DNA of 64,000 nt, taken from Torpedo marmorata. Lineage: Eukaryota. The stretch is from positions 44,764,001 through 44,828,000 of the forward strand of contig OZ360224.1 in the NCBI GenBank assembly GCA_977017645.1, in the 5' to 3' direction. Within the stretch, counting starts at the first letter, position 1. Every line of letters begins with the position of its first letter. Below are positions 14,091 to 25,566 of this stretch, piece by piece. Both the position numbers and the translations under genes were made by a program. The notes beneath the pieces were generated by a model. The model ran no database searches. It was not told the origin of the DNA and worked only from the letters and a program-made list of their open reading frames with translations.

Positions 14091-16683
14091 GTATGGAATA
14101 TATATAAAACAAATTAAAATGCATGGTTAAGTTGCTTCGTCAATATGTTGTATTCCACTAACCATGCAGAATGAGCCTTCTTAGGCATATATGTGTAACC
14201 TTATATTGATATTGTCTATTAAATTCATTGATTTCAGAACCATCAAGGAGTACCACTTCATAGATTGCGTAATTGTACTCGTGTTCGCTGAAAAAAAAAC
14301 ACCCACGTCTTGGTTTGGCAACAATATGCTGACTTTTTTAATTTAGTACATAAAATATTAGTTCAGATATTTTTTCTGGGTCTGGGGAACGGAGCGCAGG
14401 TAGCACAAGCGGAAACTGTACATTCTTTCTTTAGGGTCACAGAGCCCAATGCACTGACGTGTTTGTGTCTAGCCCTTGCACATACAGCAGGCAACGAGGC
14501 TTCTCTAATTTTTTGAGAAACATTTCCTAGTGAACCAACACAGGAGTTTATGGATATGATAATACACGTTAATTGGAACATTTTGCAGTTATTTACCAAA
14601 AATAACATAGCAACTTAAAATATATTATTCCATCAAAAAGTTTCAAATTACAAATGAAGCTCATCTTGGAGTGAAATATATAAACAAGGGGTTAGATTGG
14701 CTGATGGGCGAATTGGTGGCTGGATCGATGCAAGGTCAGATGGAACATTGCAAATGAGAGGAATTGGCAGGTTGACATTCATTAGACAGAATTATCTTAG
14801 TTTCCGTCGATAATTATCGGAGACTGATAATTTTAAAATCTGAAATAAAGTTTGGTTGAAAATCCGGGTGACTATAACTAATCTTTTCGGATCAATCTAA
14901 AAATGCATGCAGCTTTTGAATTAAGATTGAATGCATCGTGACATTGTCGTTTATTGGTATTATAATATAAATACTTATTGTTTACATTTTTGTTTGCTAC
15001 TTTATCGCATGCGATAACATTATTTTTTGAGTGAACAACTTGGTCGTGTTGTGTAATCCTGACATAACATTGCTGCAGATGACTTAGCAGCCACAACATT
15101 TTGAAATACTGTAACCAAAAAAAAAAGACGTTCCCATTGGAATCGAAAGTATCAACTTGTCTTGATGCAGTTTCATTGGGGTTGTTCATTGTACTATGTT
15201 TTGCTGGCTGTATTTGGAAAAGGGCTGGTGGCTACCTGTTTTGTTTTCATTTAGCTGTCAAAGATCTGTCCATGGGTGATTTGCTCCGCCTTCTTTGATG
15301 GTCTCATGCTCTCAGCATTGTATTTTGTTCTCTCTCTCTCTCTCTGACGGCGGTTTTTTTTTGTGTATGAGGCCGTTGATTTCCTGGTTGCATTCACACC
15401 GGAGTTTAAGTTCTGTTCTAATTTGTTCCTCACAGTTGTGCTTGAATCCCTTGAGTTATGCCACGCCGGTTTCCGGCACAAAGTTACCAACAGAGTCGTG
15501 CTTCCGTTTGATCTCCCCCTCCCCCTCTTCCATTTTGTTTTTGTCTCAGGTCTGTGTGTGGTAACCTGTTCCAATGTGTTGTGATTTTTCTGACATTCTC
15601 TGCACCTTGCTATCTCAATGCAAGCTCCATGAACCATGTACAGGAAAACTTCCCAATTTCTCCACGTCTGATCGATCAGCCTGCTCCAATCTCCGTTAGC
15701 AGGATAAAAACACACACACACACACACAACCACACAACCACGAGGGACAGAAACGGTATGTGCTCAGTTGTCATGGCACCAGGTGAATACAAAGAGACAC
15801 CATATCAGCTTAGGCTGCGTATATGATTTTCAAAGTGATGTGATGGCTGTAATTTCCGCTGAGCTTGAACTTGGTGTGATTGAGCGCATTTTTGCGGGCA
15901 ACATCCAGTCAAATACTTATTGAAAGTGTTCAAGGAAAATGCCAAATTTTAAAACGGCGATTGAGCATTATTTCTGCAACTTTTTGGATTTAAAATATGC
16001 TTTTGAATATACTGTAACTAGGTGATTTTAGGTTTTTAGATTTATTTTAATTCTGTATAAAGGCTGCAGTTACTGGGTTTGGAATCAGAAAAAAAGGTGA
16101 AATCTTCCCTTTGCAGCAAGAGTACTTTCCGGACATATTTCATTACCGCGGCTAAGCTCCAAAGTAGATTTTTAAAATATCCAATGCGCCCAGACTAAAG
16201 TCTGACGATTTTTTTTAAGAATGGTGATCTGTATCTCAACCTAACTGACGCAGATAAGTAACGACACAAAGACAGCTGCGAGTTATTACGGCTACTAAGT
16301 TCTTCCAGAGTTATCTTTTCTTGTACCATTAAGTTTCTTCAGAAGTACAGGTCATTACCAGTCCAATAATTTCCCCCCTTGACACGTTTTGTAACCGTTT
16401 TCTTTAGAAACAATGTCCTTAACCCAAAAAATGGCCTTTTAAGCAAAATTACAAGAAAGGCAACCAACTTCATTTGCTGAGGAAGTTGTTTTTAAACATT
16501 GAAAGGAAGATGAGCGATCAGTCAGAAAAAGTCCCCGAGGTAATTATAGCGTGGAGTAAACAAAGAAGTTCCAAAATATAGTAAAGTCCACTGCAGTACA
16601 ATCTTCACAAAGGTTACACTTTAGAAACTACCTCCTAGCTGAAACAGTGTTCGTCGTGAGAATGTTAAATTACCATCAGACTT

Positions 16684-16804
16684 AAAGGTAAAAAAAAGGT
16701 AAAGGTTCCATTATTGTCACGTAATACTACATTTAGAATGTAACATACATGAAATTCTTTAATATTGTCTACCGTAAGGAAGACAGAGTCGCCACTTTGT
16801 CCAG
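16684..16804 (-). mobile_element. 5'-truncated copy of the 5S-derived SINE (tail only)
   Basis: Nearly identical to 50561-50673 (aaaggtaaaggttccattattgtcacgtaatactac...actttgtccag). Confidence 0.9.
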
Positions 16805-17284
16805 ATATCCAAAAGTTCCCTTGTAGGACAGTGAAATAAGCTGAACTTCGTGTTATTTCACACTCTCGCTTAAGGATATTTCAATTTGCGGAGCATAAAG
16901 AAGAGAGTTACTTTCGACCTGAATAAATGCACATGAGTTTGTACGGCTATCTTTCTCTGTATCGAGGGGAGGTCTTCGCCGCCTTCCCCATTTCGATGCA
17001 ACAGTAATTCTTAACTAAGCATTGCCAAAAACAATCAAACATTTGAAGTAAAGATAGTTTCGCTATACGCAGAAATAAAGATACGTTCACAAGGTAGACT
17101 GGAAGGAATTCTATGGCACGATCACAATCATTTACGACGCGGTAGAAACCAGTCGGTCCTTCATGTCTGTATCTGTCCAAAAAAAAACCACCCAGACGAA
17201 TCCCCCTTTCACTTAGTCGGTAACCCTGAGCCCTGCAGGATACAGTATATCGTCACAAAAACAAGAGGATATAATAAATATTTC

Positions 17285-17990
17285 AATACACAAAAGAGCT
17301 GGAGAAACTCAGCAGGTCACGCAGCGTTCTTTGTGTAGCAAAGATATATAATCAACGTTTAGGGTATGAGCCTCTCCATTCAGAGGCTACACCCCCACCC
17401 ATATCCACCTATTGCCTCTTGCCTGTGGGCCTGTGCTCCTCCCCCTGCCCCCCACCATTTTATTCAGGAGCTTGTCTGCTGTTTGCTCATATGAGCAAAT
17501 AAAATGGTGGGGGGCAGGGGGGAGCACAGGCAAGAGGTAATAGTTGGATATGGGTGGGAGGGCAGAAGAGAAAAAAACTGGGAAGCGAAAGGGGGGGGTG
17601 TAGCCTCTGAATGGAGAGGGAAGGGAGCGGGGAGGGGGAGGAAAGGAAACAGAGGGATGAGAGAGAGAGAGAGAGAGAAAGAAAGAGAGAGAGAGAAGGA
17701 AGAGGGACCTAATGGAAATAGGAAAAGTCAATGTTAATGCCACCTGGTTGGAGAGCGCCCAGACAGAATATCAGGTGCAGAATTGAAATGGTTGACCACT
17801 GGGATATCCACGCTATTGCAGCAGACCGAGCAAAGGTGCTCAATGAAGCGATCTCCCAGTCTGCGTCCAGTCTCACTGATGCGGAGGAGGTCACAACCGG
17901 AGCATCGGATGCAGCAGATGACCCCTGTAGATTCACAAGTGAAGTGTTGCTTCACTTGGAAGGACTGTTTGGGCCCCAAATGGTGGTGAG
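17285..17990 (-). mobile_element. Penelope-like element 3' fragment (GIY-YIG endonuclease remnant and terminus)
   Basis: ORF 17734-17979 reads GPKQSFQVKQHFTCESTGVICCIRC...ISETGRRLGDRFIEHL. The terminus ctggagaaactcagcaggtc is shared with the other copies. Confidence 0.88.
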
Positions 17991-18984
17991 AAATATATTA
18001 TAATATATTACATTAAATATATTGATATATATTATAATAAATAAATTGATTGTGTGCATTCATGTTTTTAATGCAGCATACAACATTCATGGTTTATATT
18101 TCACGTTTGGATAACATTAATGTAATGGGTATTTTTGATAAATTTAGTTCCCCTCTGGTGGCTTCATTTAGTTTTACACAAATGCTGTTTGATTATGTGA
18201 TCAACATTTCAGGAAATCTACTCTTCCATACAAACTTTATCCATAACCCGAGATTGTCTTATCAAAGAACTAGTTAAATCCTGTGTTTTGAAGGGTTATC
18301 TCTAAATTTACCAGGCCTGACTTTAGCTTAGCAGATGAGGTAAAAGTTCCTCAAAGCTGGTTGGACAGGTGACATGAGTTAAGTGGCACAGAAGGAGATA
18401 TTCCTATGAGGCACATCAATGTTCTGAATTATGCTAATTGAGCAAAAGTTTAAACATTTTCCCAAACTCCAAAGCAAAACTATATCTTCACCAAAACACA
18501 GAATTTTGGTCTGCCTGGTTTGCCACACCGACAGGGATACAAGTGACAGTTGTTACTTTAATTGGTTAACAATGATCAAATAATTGAAGGATGTTCATGC
18601 GCAAACACATACCCACCCCCACCCCCCTCCCACCACCGCCCCACATCTGTCATCTAAGAAGCTTGTTAAATAAAGAAAGGACCAGTAGTGAAAGAGAAAG
18701 TGGGAAATAGCTAGAAAATGATTGACAGGAAATAAAGAGTCAGGAAAATGCTGGAGCCAAGTTGAAAGTGGTGTGCCACAGACTGCATGGATACTATTCT
18801 TTTATTCCCAGTGTACAAAAAAATACATCAATCATGAATGTAACGAAAATAAAGAAAAGTAGATTGTGCTTGTTTTTTATGTGCAAAACTGGTAATATGC
18901 ACTTCTCAAAAGAATTTGGTCAAAATGACTAAGAAAAAGGTTATTTAGCACCTCAAATCTATTTTGTTATTCAATGAGACCATG

Positions 18985-21900
18985 GGTCACTGTTACCATT
19001 GCTTATATTTCTTCAGATAACAGAAATGTATCCATTTAAGATTTGAGAATAACAGTTGACCCAGCATATATTCTATTTGCAGAAGAGAACTGCAATATTT
19101 TACACCCTTTTGCTTACAGAAGTATTTCCTTAGTTTACTCCTGTGAGAGCTGGCTCCATTTTGGCAATGCTTCCCAGTCTGAGACCAGCCAGAGAGTGGA
19201 ATGAGTTTTGCTTTAAGCACTCCATCAGTTTCAATCGACAACTTGAAACTGATCAGAGCACTTCTTGAATTTCTATGATCCAGAGAAGGCAAACCTTCAT
19301 TTTCTAAGCTTTCTTTATAATTATAACACCAGAGTTCAAGTACAACTACCCTCTCTCGAAAGCTAATATTTTATTCTTTAGGCATTCTGCATAGAGCTGT
19401 TCACAATTCTTCAGGTGTGCTCTAACAAAAGCTTTATACAGCCAAAGCTTACTCCTTTGTAAACCCAGTTTTTATATTCTGCAGTCTTCTTGATGTAAAG
19501 ATTAGAATTGCACTTGACTGTTTATCAATACATATGAATCCAAGTGCCTTTGGGCATCCCATTTTTTCGAGATTTTCAGTATTTATAAGACACTGTTACA
19601 CATTTTTAAAGTCCATGGTAGATGACTTAAAATTGTTTCACCTGAAATGCATTTGCAAAACATTTGTCCTTTCACTTAATGTTTTCACAAGGTATTCATG
19701 ATACTACCCATCTTTATTTCATTGGACAACTTAAATAATACAGCTCACTCTCTCATCAGCTACGTTGTGCATGAAGACAGTGTGCTCTTGAGGGTCCCTA
19801 TAGATCCCATGAATAGTACTAGTTGCATACTGCAAATTAGAAAAGTATGATCATGTCACTGTCTCCTAGCACTTAGCCAATTTCTGGACAGGGTCAAAAC
19901 CTTGCATCAATTTCAAATGTTTCATCCAGATGATCATCTGTTTTCATGTACTTTTTGAAATTCCTCTGGAAACCTAGATAAATAAGATTTCCTGGAATTC
20001 CCTTATCCAATAATTTAGTTGTCATTCCAAATTTTTAATCAGATATGTCAGTCATGATTTATCATTTATAAATTCAGTCTAGCTGAAAATGTTCAAGGTG
20101 TTCATTCACTTCATCCTTAATTATTGATTCACAACAGAAGTAAGTCAAACTGATCAATAATTCCCTCTGTCATCTTTAAGATCAAGAGGGATTCAAGGTT
20201 TTGCAATTCAAAGGAATGGATCCCAGATCATGAAACTCTGTTAGATTATACCAACACCATCCATGATATGTTCAACTAATCCTGTTAAATCCCTTCAATG
20301 GAAATCCTCCAGACATTGATAGATTATAGCATAGATTTGCTTTATTTGCTTCTTTCCTTTCTATAAATTTTAGCAGCAAGAAAAGACTTAAAAATAATAT
20401 TTTATGGGAAAATTCTAGAGTCTGTTAAAGAAATTGTTTTCTTTTAGTAGCACAGCTGCAAGACGTGAGAACCAAGGCCATGCTGTTCTCGAAACTCATG
20501 CTAGATGTTTTGCTGAAGTCTGCAGAATACAGGTCATGTGAATAGTCATGAACAGGCTGTAGAATGGGAAGCTAAACCATATAAAAAGGCTTGTGCCCAT
20601 CTGCGTATGGGCTTTCTTGCAGAAAGACACTGTTGTAGGTTACAACAGGTCTTCTCGTGTAACAGAGCACCCGCTTTGCAAAGCTAATAAAATTGTGTTG
20701 TACTCTCATTAGTTGTCATACACTTCTTTATATTTGATTTAAGTTAACAACATCTTTGAGTGTCATTATTTTACTTATTATTCTTGCTTTCTTTAAAATA
20801 ATTTTGGGAAGACATATTCCCTGGTTTAAAATCACTTTAATAAAAACTGAAAATGCTGGAAAGCAAAACAGACAAAATTATTTGAAAGAGAAACAGTTAT
20901 TGTTTCAGATCTGTTTTATCAGATCCTGGTGTCTTAAGTGTCAAAATCAAAATAAAATCTGTGGAAATCTGAACTCTGTTCATTAAATTCTCTCCACAGA
21001 TGCTGCCTGTCCTGCTGAATATTTCCAAATTTGTTTGTTTCTATTCCACATACATCTGACTGATCTTGCTCTTCCATTAATTGTTCCCATTGGATGTTTG
21101 GAATGCTATGCTCTTTTTCTACTCTAAATGCTAACATAAAGCATTTCATCCATAATATTGTTAATAATTTTCAAGTGGCTCATATTGGTCTTGTCTACTA
21201 TCTTTTCCTGAATATAATTGTAAAAACATGTTTTTATTTTGACATTCTTTGCAATTTATTTTCAAAGTTTGTTTGAGGGCATTTTGCCCTGTAAAAAGGC
21301 GCTATATCCTTTGAAAAATTTAATACATTACTGATATGACCAAAGTAATTTGTAATAGACCCACCAGCACTTTTCTCCTAACAATTGTCTTGCTGGTTAC
21401 CATTCTCCACATACTGCAATGCAGATGTACAACATTTTCCACCTACTCTCAATCTACATAATCTTATTACATTGCTGTGTTAATGTAATTAAGATTTACT
21501 GAAATGCAAATCACCCATTAAAACTGCTTTGGAATTTTTGCATGTGTCTCTCTTCTCTACACATATATATACTGTATATATATTATAAACTTTGTGCCTG
21601 CTGCCAGGGAGTCTGTACATAACTCACTCTTTCACGTATACTTTTCTATTTCTTAATTCTACCCATAACATTTCCATTTCTTGAGGGGGTTACCACTTGT
21701 TACATCATCTTTCATTATGAGTGTCTTTATTCTTAACCATAAATGCAAAGGCTTACTCACCATTACTTTCTCCAATTGCCCCTTAAACGTCAAATTCTGG
21801 GATAATTAGTTCCTAGCCCTGGCTATCTTACACCTGTATTTCAATATTGACTTAGTTGTCAGGGCAATAGTTATATTTCAAATGTTGTTAGAACAAGCAC

Positions 21901-22000
21901 TTATTTGTACCACAGTCCTAGACTTATGCTTCTGGTCTAATATGTTGCTCAGATAATTTTTAAATTATTTCTTCTGGTTTACTTATGTTACACCTTTTAG
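18985..22000 (-). mobile_element. Highly decayed CR1-type LINE relic
   Basis: Patches resemble the reverse of CR1 ORF2, for example aattcttcaggtgtgctctaacaaaagctttata, tcattggacaactt (FADD region) and gaaattcctctggaaacctagata. No ORF survives and the boundaries are approximate. Confidence 0.5.
20840..21045. mobile_element. Old palindromic Penelope-terminus-derived repeat
   Basis: Degenerate inverted arms: aaaactgaaaatgctggaaa...gagaaacagtt and ctctccacagatgctgcctgtcctgctgaatatttcca. Confidence 0.6.
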
Positions 22001-24924
22001 ATTTTCCTTTATCTTTAATGCTTAAATTATTATTTCCAATAAACAACGTATATATTTTGTTTGCTTTAGAAAAATATTTTTTTATAATTTTTCCACCCTG
22101 CCTTCTCTCCCTCTTCCACCCCATTATGTATTGTCCTCTTGACCATCTTAGTTATCTTATCCACTAGGACTCTGTGCCCACCCCAATCATACATGTCCTT
22201 CTAGTCCCTGTACTGCTCCCAGTCCATTCTTGTATTCCTTGTTGATATCCCTACTTTATTCACTGATACGTCAATGTATATATGACACAAGAATGTGATT
22301 TTTGAAGTTCTTTTCTTTATTTCCTTGTTCCTGATATTCTTCACATAAATAATCTTGATTAACTCTTTCTCTGTGTTGTTCAGGTCACATCTATATCTCC
22401 TCTCCAAATATCTTTGACTCCCTTGATAAAGGTAATTTCCCTTTCCAAGTATCATTATGCTGAAACAAATATAAATGTGCCTTATATTTTAATGCCATTT
22501 CTAATATGAAAAGGGGAAACTACAATTGTATACTAACTGTGACATAATAAATATTTTCATGAATTTATCGTTGCATTTTTATTCTTTAACATGTGCCATT
22601 ATTGATAAAATGTAACATTACACTGAAGTTCTTGTGGTTAATATATCAACACTGGCAATTAAAATGAATCATGTATAAGTACTCTTTGATTGTTTTCTTT
22701 TCTTTTAACTAACTGCATGCATTCATTTCTTGTTTATCCTCTCATTATGTACTGCTTCATATGTATTTATTTTAAATTTCTTCTGACATCTGTCTGCCAT
22801 TCTGTTCAACATCTGCCTGACATTCTTATCAACTATCTACGTTTCCTTTGCCAAATCTAGTTTTGTTTTGTCAACAAGCTCTGAGTTGAGCAGGATGTCC
22901 TTCATTGGTAAAAATGGATACATTTAAGATTAGTTATGGTGTTAATTTTCAGGTCACTTCATAGACATTCAACCAATTATTGGGTGAGTGACACATTTAG
23001 TCATTGTGTGGCTAACAAAAACAGACCATTGGTATTTTGATTTTGTTACTATTGAGCACCTATTTCAGGAGCTTCCTGCATAGTTTTGTCTTCCTGGGCA
23101 GATCAGCTGTGATCCCTGCTCTGCTCAATTTATGTTAGAATGGACAAAGCCAAAAATCTGAAGCTAAAGAAACTTGACAGAGACTGAATTTGTGGACATG
23201 CTGGGAGAGACTGGCGTAACAAAACAGGGTGCTCTGAGAGATGGTGCTGGCTTGTCTTTGACTTTCTCTAATTTTGTTCTCTCCAGCACAAACAAGAGAG
23301 CTTCTACTGATGAGATAGTGGGATTGAAATTGCTTGATCTCTATTGGCATGTATGACTACAAGAGATGGGGTGCGGTGTAAACTTTTAATAGCAGTTCAT
23401 TTATTTTGACAGAAGCTCAGCAAAAAAAAGTTATAGAAACAGTGCAAATATACACAAATATCACCTTTTTTAACACTGATATTCCTGCAAATTGCAGTTG
23501 GCAATCAGACCTCTCAACAATGGACTTTCTCAAACTGGCCCACGTTTACTGGGTTCGTATGGGTAGGGGGGCTTTGAGAAACAGTTTGAATGAATTTATT
23601 GAATGGACAGGAAAAATGGATTTTTCTGGTTGGGAACCATTAATAAAAAACATATCAGAAGAAATGATTGGGAAGACTCTGAGACAAGAGATGATGACAA
23701 AAGCCTTTATGCAACAGATGAAATGTTCTATTTTAGGAAGTCCTTGAGACAGACCATTATATATTTTAAAGAAAAATGGATAAATAGTCAGCAAGATAAT
23801 GGAGAATTGACTTCGGAGAAATTAGTTTTTGGATAATTCCAGCAAAAGTCGTTCTCATGTGAAGGACAGTATTATCAATATTTATAATGCTCTGTAGGAG
23901 CAATATTATGTATCCACATGGTGTCTTCAAAGAAACAACATATCTCGGTACATTAGAAGACTGTTCCTAAAGATGGGAGGTATTAAAGCAGATGACCCAA
24001 TCTCATCTCATGAGTTAAATTTAAAGATTGACTTAAAGATGAAAAGAAAGTTAGAGAGACATGACTATATAAGGAGGGATTTACAAAACATGGGATTTTG
24101 GCAGCTGAGGGCCCACACCAAGTCCAGGAACAATTAAATTTGTGGATGATCAAGAGGCCAGAATAGAAGGAGGAGTACTGATATTGCAGAGCAGGGCCTG
24201 GTAAAGATGACAAAGAACAGTAAGGAGCTTTAAAAAAAATAGGAATTTTACAACAATGGTGACAATTTGAAAATTATGTTGTTGATTCACTTAGTGTCCA
24301 GTGGAAATGACACAAGTTATGGCACACCCCACAAAGTTTTAATTGTGAGGTTAGAATGAGGGTGGTCAATGATTGTTGGAAAATGGAAATTTGTTTCATT
24401 GTAATCATCAAACTACAACAATTTTAAAAGTTATTTTAGGCTAGTAATGAGATTGTTTCCTGTTTAGCTGGCAAAACTGTAACATGTTATTAAGGTATTC
24501 ATATGTCTCAAAAAAGAAACAAAATGAAGTAAACAGTGAATGCTTTCACTGCACATGTGAATATTCTCCAATCTACTCAAGTCATTCCACAGTTAAATCC
24601 TCAATAGAAGTTGTGGATTAAACATCTGGAAAAGCCAAGTTATAGAATAGAAATACTGTGATAATGCATAAACTGTGATTCTTCATGATTTTTTACAGCT
24701 TGAAGATAATGAAACATCTTAGTTAGAATTCTACAGAAAGCACACACTACTTGTAACAGTGTTATATAATGTTGTTTCATAGTGGGAGGGTTCAAATGTT
24801 TTTTTGGGCACCACCCATACTAATACACAATATGTGTCTATGCACCAACACACACAAGAAAGCATTCACAATGTCTGAATTATTTGTTTCTCTTTACCAT
24901 ATTTATTCAGATAATTTTGATGAT

Positions 24925-25566
24925 TTTGAATCAGAATCAGAATTTATTGTCATGAACAAGTCACGAAATTTGTTGTTTTGCGGCAGCATCACAGTGCAAA
25001 CATTCATATAAACCACCTTACAAAAAATAAATAAAAATAGTGCACGAAAAGTCAAAGTAAGGCTGTGTCTTTGGTTCATTGATCATTCAGGAATCTGATG
25101 GAAGTGGGGAAGAAGCTGTCCTTATGCTGCTGAGTGCTCGTCTTCAGGCTGCTGTACCTATTTTCCCGATGCTAGCAGAGTGAAGAGGGCATGGCCTGGG
25201 TGGTGGGGTCCTTGAGGATAGGGGCTGCTTTATTAAGACACCGCCTCTTGTAGATGTCCTCAATGGAGTGAGGTCTGGTGCCCGTGATGTCGCAGGCCAA
25301 GTTAACAATCCTCTGGAGTTTTTTCTTGTCCTAAGCGTTGGCACCTCCGTACCAGGCAGTGATGCAACCAGCCAGAATGCTCTCCACGGTACACCTGTAG
25401 AAGTTTACGAGAGTCTTCGGTGACATACCAAATCTCCTCAGACACCTCACAAAGTATAGCCGCTGGTGAGCCTTCTTCGTGTTTGTATCAACATGGAGGC
25501 TCCAGGACAGATCCTCAGAGATGTTGACACCCAGGAATTTGAAGTTCTTGACCCTCTCCACTACTG
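24925..25566 (-). mobile_element. Rex1/Babar-type LINE 3' fragment
   Basis: ORF 25331-25561 reads ERVKNFKFLGVNISEDLSWS...KAHQRLYF...NFYRCTVESILAGCITAWYG. The tail is tgacaataaa(ttctga)n. Confidence 0.88.

Noticed and set aside
15251-15733. 160-aa antisense ORF
   Set aside because: Includes translated microsatellites and shows no homology I can recognise.
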